A DNA stretch of 64,000 bases, from NCBI GenBank assembly GCA_958009085.1, contig OY253674.1:124001-188000 (forward strand). Reading direction: 5' to 3'. A program made the position numbers and the translations under genes. The notes below the pieces were generated by a model, which was given only the letters and a program-made list of their open reading frames with translations, was not told the origin of the DNA and searched no databases. Shown here piece after piece: positions 14,122 through 25,379 of this stretch. This DNA comes from Protoeuglena noctilucae (taxonomy: Eukaryota). Positions within the stretch are counted from its first letter, which is position 1; the number at the start of each line of letters is the position of its first letter.

Positions 14122-17100
14122 TCACTCCTGCCTCCTCCCCAGCGCCGCCAGCACATCCCGCATCGTGCCCGTCTTGGCGTACCGAGGGTCCCTCCCCAGC
14201 ACCTGAGCCAAGTCGCCCAGCCCCACCTGCCGCTGCTTCATCAAATCCTCCACAAATGCCTCCTTTCGCCTCTGTGCCCGGTCAGCTTCCGACTCCCCCA
14301 GCCGCTCCCCCGCCGCCACCCCACCCGCCCCCGCCCCCGCACCTGCACCCGCCCCCGCACCCGCCGCACCCGCCCCAGCCCCCGCTGCCCCCGCCCCCGC
14401 TGCCCCGTCCCTCTCCGCAGCCATCGCCTCCTCCGCTCGCCGCCGAATGCGGTTCTCCAGGAAATTGCCGCGAGAGAACATCGTGCGAGGGCCGTCTGCC
14501 TTCTTGCCGGCATCTGCGTGAGATGGTGGGGGCCAGGCGTTAGGGATGTGACTAGACTAAATGCGGTTGGGAGAGAGTAAAAGAGTGCATGCGATCGAGA
14601 GGGAGTATATGATATGTGGTGATGGGATCGGATAGGCTGGCTGTGCGAAGCATGCGACACACACACACACCAGCACCGCCCCTCACCCTTCCCCGCCCCC
14701 GCCGCCCCTGCCCCGCTCGCCGCCGCCGCCGCCGCTGCTGCTGCTGCCGCTGCAGCTTTGGATTTGCTCCCAGCCGCTGCTGCTGCTGCCGCCTCCTCTG
14801 CTTTCCTCGCTTGCTCTTCCCTCAGTTGCTTGATGCGTGCATGTATCATGTTGACCCCTCTCAGCGGGTGCGTGGTGGTCGCAAGCCTGCGTGAGATGGG
14901 ATACCTATCAGATGGGATGCGGATGCGACACCTTGCACCACCGTCACTCCCACTGCTGCGCTCACTCCCAATCCCATACTCTCTCCCACCCTCTCGCTTA
15001 CTCTGTCCACCCATTCACTCCCACCCATCCACATCCACTCACCTCTGGCTGTACCGCTGCACGTCCAGCCTCAGCTTGGACAGCTCAATGGCCCTCTCCA
15101 GGATTCCCTTCAGATGCGCCTCGACCGCGTCATTCAGAAACTGCCAGGCGTCCCGAGACATCTTGGAGATGCTGGGGGGGGAAAGAGAGGAGAGGTGGTG
15201 TTATTCAAAAACTGCCAAGCATCCCGGGACATCTTGGAGATGCTGGGGGGGTGGTGGGGGGAAGGGGCGAGATGTTATTTGTACGTACATATGTAACACT
15301 GCCCATGCTCAGCAGCTACCATGGGCACTTTTATCTGCAAGTTCCTTCCCAACACCCTCACAGCCATCCCTTTGCATGATGACCCACTATCACTTCCCGC
15401 ATATTATTCACTCACCCATTCATTTCCATGATTTTCTTGGCCAGGTCGAAGGTGGTCCACTCGTCCAACGAAAAGGGGACGTCCGACGCGGGACGAGCAT
15501 CGGCAAACTCACCCCGGTGCACCTGGGAATAACACAGAAGAGGGCATGTGCGTGAGAAATAAATGAATAGATGATAACTCTCTGACATTGTTGTACAATA
15601 CGTATGGCGAACTCACAACCCTTCCATCTCGCATGCACCTAACGTCCGCCCCTCTTCTTGCCCCATCTCACCCATCCACTCATCCACCCACTCAGGCCAC
15701 TCACCATCCGCCCCTCATCCCGCACCACCTTATCCACCCACTCCCACCACTCACCATCCGCCCCTCATCCTGCACCATCTTATCCACCCAATCCTCGTCA
15801 TCCTCCTCCTTCTGCCCCGCGGCCCTCTTGGCAGGCGGGGCGGCCCCAGCAGGCGGCCCCTCCACTTTACGCTTCACACCCTGCACGCAAGCATGCGAGC
15901 AGACATTGATATAGCAGACGTTGTATGCATGCAAGAAGCTACGTATACAAACGAGCGTAGCAATGCACCCACTCGCACGCCCACGAGGGCGTGCATGGTG
16001 CACGGTGACATGCCTGGGTGCGCTGAGGCCTGAGCTGTGTGCCTTTGAGGTGCAGTCAGTCAGTCCTGGGCGCGCTCACCCTTGCTGCCCCCGCAGTCAG
16101 CACCCTTTCTCCCAACACTCACCGCTGTCTTGGACTCAGCCCCTGCCGCCCCCGCTGTCCCCGCCCCTGCCCCCTGAGCCTGTCCCTGAGGCTTGCTCCC
16201 AGGGCGCATCGCCTCCTCGAAATCTTGCTGCCAAAGAGCGCGCATCTCGCTCTGCAGAGCCATCATATCCTGCTTCCTCTGCGGACGGGGGAAATGATGG
16301 ATGCGTGTGCTGCGAGACGGCGTGAGGGTCCGACACTCATCAGCCCCCATGCATCCCGCATGCGCCGCCGCACCCCCGTGAGCGTGGTGAAGAAGTTCTG
16401 GGACGCGTATTTCTTCAGCATGGACATTCCGGCGTTATATCGCTGCACGTACCACTCCCCGCCCAACTGCGTTCCCTGCGAGGCAAGCCGCGGCCGGATA
16501 TAAGTCGCGAGACTACGAATTATTTCTTTACGACCGATCTCGCACCAAACAGGCAGCTCAGGCTGTTCACACCGGCGCAGAGAGAGGTCGACCCGAACAC
16601 ACCGCGGCCGCTGTTAAGAGATGCTCAACCCGCAGCGTCGCGCACCTAGCCCCGGCCCTCGCACCTTGACGTAATCTTGGCGCAGAAGATGTTCCATGAT
16701 CTGATGGAATTGAGTCTTCCATTTGCGCTCGTATTCGGGAGGCACCTCGGGCTGCGAAGCCGACGGCGGGGCCGATGCCACCCCGACCGCAGCGCCGCCC
16801 CGATGCTGCGCCTGCGCGTGTGCGGCGGCGACGGCCGGCGATTGCGCAGCGACGCCCGCCGGCTGCGTGGCCACCGCTGGCATCCCAGCCATGCCGGGCC
16901 TCGGCGCTTGTGCGAAAGCCCCGGGTCCCGGTCCCGCCGGCCTCATGGGCTGAACCTGCGCCACGGCGGTCGCTGCCGGCTGTCCCACAGCCGGCGCCGG
17001 TGGCCGGGTGGGCGGGGCTGCAGCACCGCCGGGCTGCAGGGCCGCGGCCGGTGGGGCCGTGGAGGCCGCAGGCGCTCGGGAAGCCGCCGGGGCTTGAGCC

Positions 17101-17153
17101 GCTTGGTCATCCTCGAAAGCCTCCAGGATATCCCCGAACAAATCGTCGCTCAT
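14122..17153 (-). CDS. TAF4: TFIID subunit TAF4-like protein
   Basis: Histone-fold-like ISKMSRDAWQFLNDAVEAHLKGILERAIELSKLRLD and C-terminal RQVGLGDLAQVLGRDPRYAK resemble TAF4 conserved regions; Ala/Pro/Gln-rich N-terminus. Confidence 0.7.
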
Positions 17154-18222
17154 CTCGTCGCTGGCGCTGGGAGAAAGGCCACGGAGTGCTGCGGACGCGA
17201 GAGACGCGCGCTTCTGCGCATCAGCTCGCGAACCGGGGATACAGATGGTCGCATCTCGCCATATGAGCGCCATAGGTCACCCAGGCGTGGCGACTCCGCG
17301 GCCAAAGCGCGCCGTTCCGAGGCCAGAAGCACACTCACGTGCGGGGACCCCTCTCCAGGGCGTCGATGTACGCCAACGAGCGACCAGCACTATTCTATCA
17401 TTACAGATGTACTACACGAAGGGAAGGGAGACGGAAGGGTGCCAGCAGTGGCCCAGGCAGCGTGGAAACCCGTCCCTCGGTCGTGCGTCCCACCACGATG
17501 CGGCGCTGTGCCCGCACCCGCGTCCGCAACACCCCGATGATAGCAGCAGATTGCGTGAGTCCAGCTCTGTCGGAAAAGCGAGCACAAGACGCGAAACAAG
17601 CAGGCTCCTGCACACAAGTTCTGGCCCTACCCAAGGGGGCGCATCAGCAGCGCAGTGACCATCTGCGTAGGCAAAACATGCACGTCTGGATCGGCGACAG
17701 GGTCGGGATCCACGAACGAAGTGCGCAGGTGGCGTGCCGCAGGCCGAGTGGATCGGGGAAAGCTTTTCGCGGGGCCAACTCGCAGCGAGGCCATGTTCTT
17801 AGCTTGTGGACACGTCCCGTGTCCCCATGCGCGCGCGGCTTGAGGCGGCTCGCCACGTTTCGAGGGCTGAATGACGCCTGCTCTCTCTCAGCGGCTTTCG
17901 TGAGCTAAAGCTGATGGCGACCGCAACTTGCCACCTTTGTCGATCCGCACAGATTGGCGGACGAGCAGGAGCACGTGTCGGGGACGCGCGGGGGCTGGGC
18001 AATCAGTCGCGCTTGCTGGAGGTCCCGGGCGGCCGGGTAGCGGATCTCCTGCGGAAATGCCGGCGACAGTCGTCACCTGGAGCCGGTCTCCCGCCTATGG
18101 GGCGATCGCGCTGGCCAGGTACGGCCCCCGCGCCGCGCGGGATGCTCGGGCCGCTCTCCGGCGTGCGGCGGCGGCCCCCGGCAGTCCGCTCCACGCGCGG
18201 TCGCCGCCATCGCACCCGCAGC

Positions 18223-21200
18223 ATGACTGGCTTCGAGCTCGCCGTGGAGCTGGACGAGAAGGGCCGGGGCTCGCGCGAGACGCTGCGCTTGGACGGCGGG
18301 GCGGCGCTGCAGGGCACAGCCGCGATCCTGCGCTTCATCGCGCGGTCCGGGGGCGCTGCGGCCGAACATCTGGTGCGTTCTTGCTCTTATCTCGCGCCCG
18401 CCGCGCCCGGGCAACCGGATCTGTCCCGCGCGGGCGCAGGGTTTTGACGTAAAACGCACCTCGCGTGTTTGCAGCTGGGCACCGGCCCGATAGGTATGCA
18501 CGAGGTGGACGAGTGGCTGGCGTTTTCGTCGTCTCTCGAGGCCGGTCCGCAGTTCGACTCGATCTGCGCGGCGGTGGATGCCCAGCTGGCCCTTAGGTCG
18601 TACCTGTCGGGCCACGACCTCACCGTGGCCGACCTGGCCGTCTGGACCACGCTCACCAACAACATGCAGTTCGACAAGGCGAGGATGGTAGCCAGATAAG
18701 CCAATAGTTAGCATTCCATGGTCATCGTGGAGCACGATGCGCAGTCGCCATCCCAGAGCAATCAAGACGCCCCATGGAGTGGGCATGGGGCCTTACGATC
18801 AATGTAGTAGTTGCTATTACTAACATCTCGCCTTGTGCTTTTCGTGCTTTCGCAGGTGCTCAAGCAGGGCAAGCTCCCTCACCTCAACCGCTGGTACGCC
18901 CACATCGGTGCCGCCCCCGCGGTCGCTGAGGCCTTCGCCAAGGTGAGAGCAGCAAGTGCGGAATCATCACCGACGGTGTTGGTTGAACTCTGCGATCACT
19001 CCGAATCCCCGATCTTCTCTCGTTCGCAACAACGCACGGCCGTCCGCCGGTTTGCGACCATCCTCATGTTTGAACGTGCTTTCCGCCCATCACGATAACG
19101 TGCTCCGCCCCCGCCTTCCCCCGCCCCGCAGTACGACTGGCGCAAGGGCGGCCGCGGCACCCGGGAGACCTCCTCCCGCGCGGCCGAGGTCATCGGTCGC
19201 TCGAAAGGCGAGGGTGGCACGTTCGACATCGACCTCCCTGGCGCCAGGCCCGGCCACGTCGTCACGCGATTCCCGCCCGAGCCCTCTGGGTATCTGCATA
19301 TCGGGCACGCCAAGGCGGCTTTGCTGAATGACATCCTGGCCAAGATCTATGACGGGCGCATGCTCGTGCGGTGCGTGGGGGTGTGGGGGTGGTTGCGGGT
19401 GTGGGTGTGGGTGTGGGGTGTGGGGGTGCGGGTGACACGAGAGAACGCTTTAGTGGTGATAAAAGCAATTATAGTAGTGCTAATCACCCATCACTGTCGC
19501 TGAACTTGACCGTCGCTTAATCCCTCCGCTTGCTCCATCCCCCTTCAGCTTCGACGACACGAATCCCAGCAAGGAGAAGGACGAGTTTGTGGACAACATC
19601 CTCAAGGACATTCAAATCCTGGGGCTCACCTTCGACAAGGTCACCTACACCTCGGACTACTTCCCGCAGGTGCGATGAGGGGGGCGGGGGTGGTAGGGTG
19701 GTAGGGTGGTGATGATTGATAGATTGTTGTTGTTAGTGCGTAAGCTACTCGAGTACTTGCTCACTCACCTCGCTCACTCAGTTACTCACAGTCACCTCAC
19801 TCTCTCACCCCCCACCACCCACTCCCTCACCCCCAAACCCACTCCCCCCACTCCCCCACTCCCACCAAACTCCCTCCCTCCCTCACCACTCCCTCACCCC
19901 CTCCCTCAACTCCCCCCCCAGCTGCTTGACCTGGGCGAGCGCATGATCCGCGCGGGGCTGATGTACGCGGACGACACGCCCGTGGAGCAGATGAGGGAGG
20001 GGAGGCTGGCGTTACAGGCCAGCCCCTGCCGCAACCGCACAGGTGAGGGGGGGGAAGATGTATGTGGGGTTGTGTGAGTGACTGGGGGTGGTGGTGGGTG
20101 GCAGCAGCAGCAGTGAGGGTGGCGAGGGATGGGGGGATTATGTAACTGAATGTGGGACGGATGGTAGCTGCGGATCGTTGTAGATTAGGGAGCATCCTGT
20201 TGCTATGCTATGCGCATGCCAACTGTGCGCCATCGTAGCCGCCGTTTCCGGCCTCGGCTGGTGTCGCTGGCAAATCGCACGTTCGATCCCCGCCTCCGCC
20301 CCCTCCCCCAGTGGAGGAAAACCTGCGCCTTTTCGAGGAGATGAAGAAGGGGACCGCGGAGGGCGCCGCGAACTGCATGCGCGTGAAGATGGACCCCGCC
20401 AACGCCAACGGGTGCCTCCGTGACCCCGTCGCATTTCGCTGCAACCCCACGCCGCACCACCGCACGGGCACCAAGGCGAGTGGTGTAAGAGTAAATAGCA
20501 ATAACGACTGCCTAGTGTAAGTATCGCTGATATTAGTACCAGCAATGGTGTGCAACCCCACGCCCCACTGCTGCCCTCTTCATCACTCACTCTCGTTTCC
20601 TATTCCCTATCGCAGTACAAGGTGTACCCCACGTACGACTTCGCCTGTCTCTTTATCAACCATTCATTCTCATCTTCTATCCTATCCCCATCATGCAGTA
20701 CAAGGTGTACCCCACGTATGACTTTGCGTGTCCCTTCGTGGATGCGTTCGAGGGCGTCACCCATGCACTGCGATCCTCGGAATACAAGGACAGGGAGACG
20801 CAGTTCTACTGGTGAGGGATGACGGTGTTGTTGTTGTTATGTATATGTGGCAAATATGGGATAGATTGGGATAGATGATATGGAAAGTTGATGGGTGGGA
20901 CACGGAGGCGCGGTTATTTTACTAAGGATGGGAAAGTGTTTACCATCATCCACACCACTCTCGCCCACGCCACCTAACCCCCCATCTCTCACCCCCCCCA
21001 ACCCCACCCCCCCCCACCCCCCCATCCCCCCAGGATGCTCAAGCTGGAGCAGCAGGTCTGGCCCAGCCTCCCTGACGTGGTCATTTACGATTATGCCCGT
21101 CTCAGCTTCGTGCACACGGTGCTGTCGAAGAGGAAGCTGCAGTGGTTTGTGGACAAGGGCGTCGTGCAGGGGTGGACCGACCCCAGGTTCCCCACCGTGC

Positions 21201-23032
21201 AGGCGAGGGGGTTGGGATGGGGGTAGAGGGGTTGCTATCGATTGCGATTACAAATCGCTTGCTCGCCCACCCCCACCCCCACTCACCCATCTCCGCTAAG
21301 TTGTCCACCCCCACCTTTCCTGCTCATCCGCTCACTCTCACTCACACATCCACCCCCACTCACTCACTCCACCCCCACCCCACCCCCACTCACCCCCACT
21401 CACTCACCCACCTCACCCCACCCCACCCCATCACCCCCACCCCACTCACCCCCACCCCCCCCAGGGCATGATCCGCCGCGGTCTGACCCCCCACGCGCTG
21501 CGCGAGTTCATGATATCCCAGGGAGTGTCCAAGAACACCACGCTGCAGGAGTGGGACAAGATATGGGCCATCAACCGCCGCGTCATCGACCCGGTCGCGC
21601 CCAGGCACACGGGTGAGAGCAGGGGATGGGATGGGATGGTTATCATGGGATGGTTACTATGGGATACATGGGGTAATTGGTGCGCCGTCATTGACCCCAT
21701 TGCCCCAAGGCACACGGGTGAGGGGGGAAGGCAGAGGGGGTGGATGAAGTGGGGTGGGGTGGGGTGCTGGGTATTGCGTGTCATGCGCTGCACTGCATAG
21801 ATAAAGTCAGCTTGCATGTAGTATATCACTGCATTACATTCCCTATTCCCCATTTTCCCATTCCCTGTTTCCCTATTCCCCTCACCTCCAGTGATCGAGT
21901 CCCGCCGTGTTCCCCTTTTCCTCCACCATCCTCCTCTCATTTCAATTCCACACATATCATAATCCTTCCTTCCCCGCACGTCCAGTGATCGAGTCCCGCC
22001 GTGTGCCCCTTATTCTCTCCAACGGCCCCACGACGGTCGAGGTGGTGACGGTGCCGAAGCACAACAAGAACCCTGATGTGGGGAAGAAGGCGTCCTATAG
22101 GAGCAGCCGCGTGTGGGTGAGTGGATGGGGGAGGGTGGGGTGGGTGGGGGTGTGTGGTGGGGTGGCAGTGGGGGTGGCAGTGAGGGTGCACGTGTGGGGC
22201 GGGAATGATGTAATAAACACATCCTTGTCATTACTGGTTGTTATATCTCTCTATATACATACACATTTCATCCAACCCCCATTCCCTCTCCCCCTCACCC
22301 CCAGATCGAGGACGCCGACGCTGTTCTCCTCTCCCCCAACGAGGAGGTCACCCTCATGGCATGGGGCAACTGCATCATCCGAGAGATCGTCAAACACCCC
22401 GACGGCCACATCGAGGCACTGAAGGGGGATTTGAACCTGGCCGGGGATTTCAAATCGACCAAGCTCAAGCTGACGTGGCTGGCGGACGTGGTGGAGTTGG
22501 TGCCAGTAGTTATGAAAGAGTTCGGGTATCTGCTGACCAAAAAGAAGATCGAGGAAGACGAGAGATTCGAGGATTTTGTGAACAAGTGAGGATTATGTAC
22601 TGGGGATATGTGGATGGGTGGGGTGGGGTGGGGTGTTTGTAGCAGTGAGAGTGGGGGTGCTTGTTATGGGTGAGAGATTCGAGGATGTCGTGAACAAGTG
22701 ATGGTTGCTTGGTGGTTGGTAATTGCTTGCGAATGGATGGATAGAGCTGCTGTTGCTTACTCGCCCACCCCCACATCCCCACTGCCACCCCCTTCCCACC
22801 CCCACTACCCCACACCCACGCCCACCTCACCCTTACCCCCACCCCCTCCCACCATCCTCCCAGGAACTCCGTCACCACCACCGAAGGCCTGGGCGACCCC
22901 AACATGCGCAATTTGAACAAGGGCGACATCATCCAGTTGGAGCGAAAGGCCTTCTTCATCGTAGAGCAGGCCATGGGGGTGGCGGGGCAGGGGATCGTGC
23001 TGCACCGCATCCCGGACGGGAAGCAGGGGTGA
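18223..23032 (+). CDS. Cytosolic glutamyl-tRNA synthetase with N-terminal GST-like domain, about 14 exons
   Basis: [16 protein letters not shown] (HIGH motif), [61 protein letters not shown]. Confidence 0.95.
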
Positions 23033-23379
23033 TGGGGAGAGGGATCGTGCTGTGGGGAGCAGGGGTTGGGGGGTTGGCTAATGGGGGTGGCATGTAGTTG
23101 GTCTGTTGGGGTGGTGGCGCGACGAAAGGGCGTTCAAGAAGCGTGCCTTGGACCAGCGGAGTCCCTGCGAACGTGCTCTGGTCTGGCGCGGGCGTTTCGA
23201 TCAAACGTGCTTTGCGCCGGACGAACTAAGTGTGACCTGAAAGGACGTGGCTTGAAAGGACGAAGACAAGGCATTAAACATGATTGGCACAAGTCTCAAG
23301 CGTGCATGTGTAGTGTCGACTGGCGCATGCCTTTCGCACAAAACCGTGGACAGCAATTTCTCAGCCTTTACTCCGCCCC

Positions 23380-24998
23380 TCACCCCCCCCTCCCCCTCGC
23401 CGCCACCCCTTCCTCCATGTCACCCCCCAGCATCAGCTCCGCCTCCGATTCCGCCACCGCCCGACTCATCTCCACTTTCATCGAATCAGGGCAGCCGTCC
23501 ATGACGCCACGGAAAAGTTTCCTGCAGAGCGTCAGAGAATAGAAGAGAATGGAGAGGGTTGATGTTAATTGCATGTGTGAAGGACAGTATTGACACATCC
23601 CCAGTCTCGCAGCCCACCTCACGCCAACCCACTCACCACACACCACCCACGCCCACACCACCACCCCTCACGACCCACACCCCCACCCTCTCATACCACC
23701 CCCCTCATCCCCACCCCCTCACCTCAAATCTCTCGCCCGGTACAGCGACCGCCCCACGATCTCCTGCAGCACGATCCTCTTGAAGTACAGCACGAGGCTC
23801 TCGCCCCTCTTTCGTGCTGCGCCCTGGATGGGGTCAGGCGCGCTCAGCACAGCACCCCAGTCCACGCCGGGTTTGGTGGAAGCAGCGGGGGCGCTTTCTC
23901 TGAAGAGGAGAGAAAGCAGAGGGAAATCGTTGAATATCTATGGACAGGACTGCCATGCATAGACTAGGCAAGCGCATCGCACCGCCCCAACGCTCATTTC
24001 TCTGTATCACCAACCATCCCCTCCCTTCATATCAAGTATATAACCTTAACATCGACACTCCCAGTCACCCACCTGCCCCTCCCCGCCCCCGCCGTCCCCC
24101 CAGGCCGGCTGGCGACATGCTCAGCCACACCCGCACCCACACCCCCAGCACGTCCCGCCACCCCACCGCCCTCCGCCCCGACCCCAGCTGCGTCCCGCGA
24201 TGCCCCCGCCGCATCAACGTTTTCGAAATCATCATCGCTGGATTTGAATTCCCGATCGATGCCCCGGTGGGTGGGTGCGGTGCGTGGGCGGGTGCGGGCG
24301 TAGGGGTTGTTGGGCACCCATGTGCAGAGGCTCGCAGCCACGCGGTTGCGGTTCGTGCGCACGCCCAGCGCCGGTGCGGGGTGCACTGCGGAAGCGGGCG
24401 GGGGAGATGGAAGGGTTGCAATGCAATGGTGGGCAGGCGTTTGCAACGACCGGACCGCTCTGTGTAGCACGCTGCTGCACAATGCTCGCTCAACACGCAC
24501 CCGAGAGGTCCCAGGGGTTCTTGCGCCGCTCGTTCGGGGCGTACATGGCGGATATGCGCCGGTGCATGTGGTGCAGCTGCGTCAGATGCCGCGCCGTGCC
24601 TGTCTCCGTCTCTAAGACCTTCGCCCGCCGATTGGCGCTGACCTGGGCCGGCGTCGGCACCGTGCAGCATTGGCTCTCCCGATTTGAGTCTTTCTGGTAC
24701 AGCCCGGCCACGCGCCTGCGGCTCAGCGCGTCCACCGGCCCGTCCGCGCGAGGGTACCGAGAATTCACTTTCCCCGTGCGCGCGGCCTGGGCCACCCGCA
24801 GGTCGTGGCTGCGGAGATTGTTCGCGATCTCCTGCGGCGAGTGTAGCGGACGCGGGCGCTCGCGAGGCCAGCAAGCGCTACCGGGGCTGCACCGCTCACA
24901 ACAGAATGCGAAGCCCCCGCGCGAGGCGAGCCGTGGTCGCTGACCTGCGCGCCTCCTATGTTATTGTCATCTAGGTAAAAGCGCTTGACTCGTTGCAT
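23380..24998 (-). CDS. Hypothetical protein; 5' end uncertain
   Basis: Spliceable exons ending LYFKRIVLQEIVGRSLYRARDL-KLFRGVMDGCPDSMKVEMSRAVAESEAEL; no family confidently recognised. Confidence 0.45.
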
Positions 24999-25379
24999 TG
25001 CTGCGAGTTACGCAGTCCCGCATCGCCCCGGCGGGGCCCCAAGCGATGGATGCGTGCCAATCCACGTTACCAGCGATTATTTGAAGCTACGCCAGGCTGG
25101 CAGACGCAAAGAGAGTGCGCAGTGATGTCGGGAGCGAGCCTCATGCATTGCAAGGTCCAAGCAACGCAGAGGCAGACGCTCTCACGGTCTCTGACGATTG
25201 CAAGAGGGAGCCGAGCTAAAGCTAGCGCTGTGAGCCTCCCTGTCATCCATTGCGCCCAGCGTCTGTCGACTGCCTCGCGCGCAAACGATGATCCAGAACG
25301 AGGAGATCACTTCAGACTCCCTGGTGTGTGTCCGTTGCTTCTCAGATCCAACGCAGCTTTTGGACCTTTGCTTGGTGGG

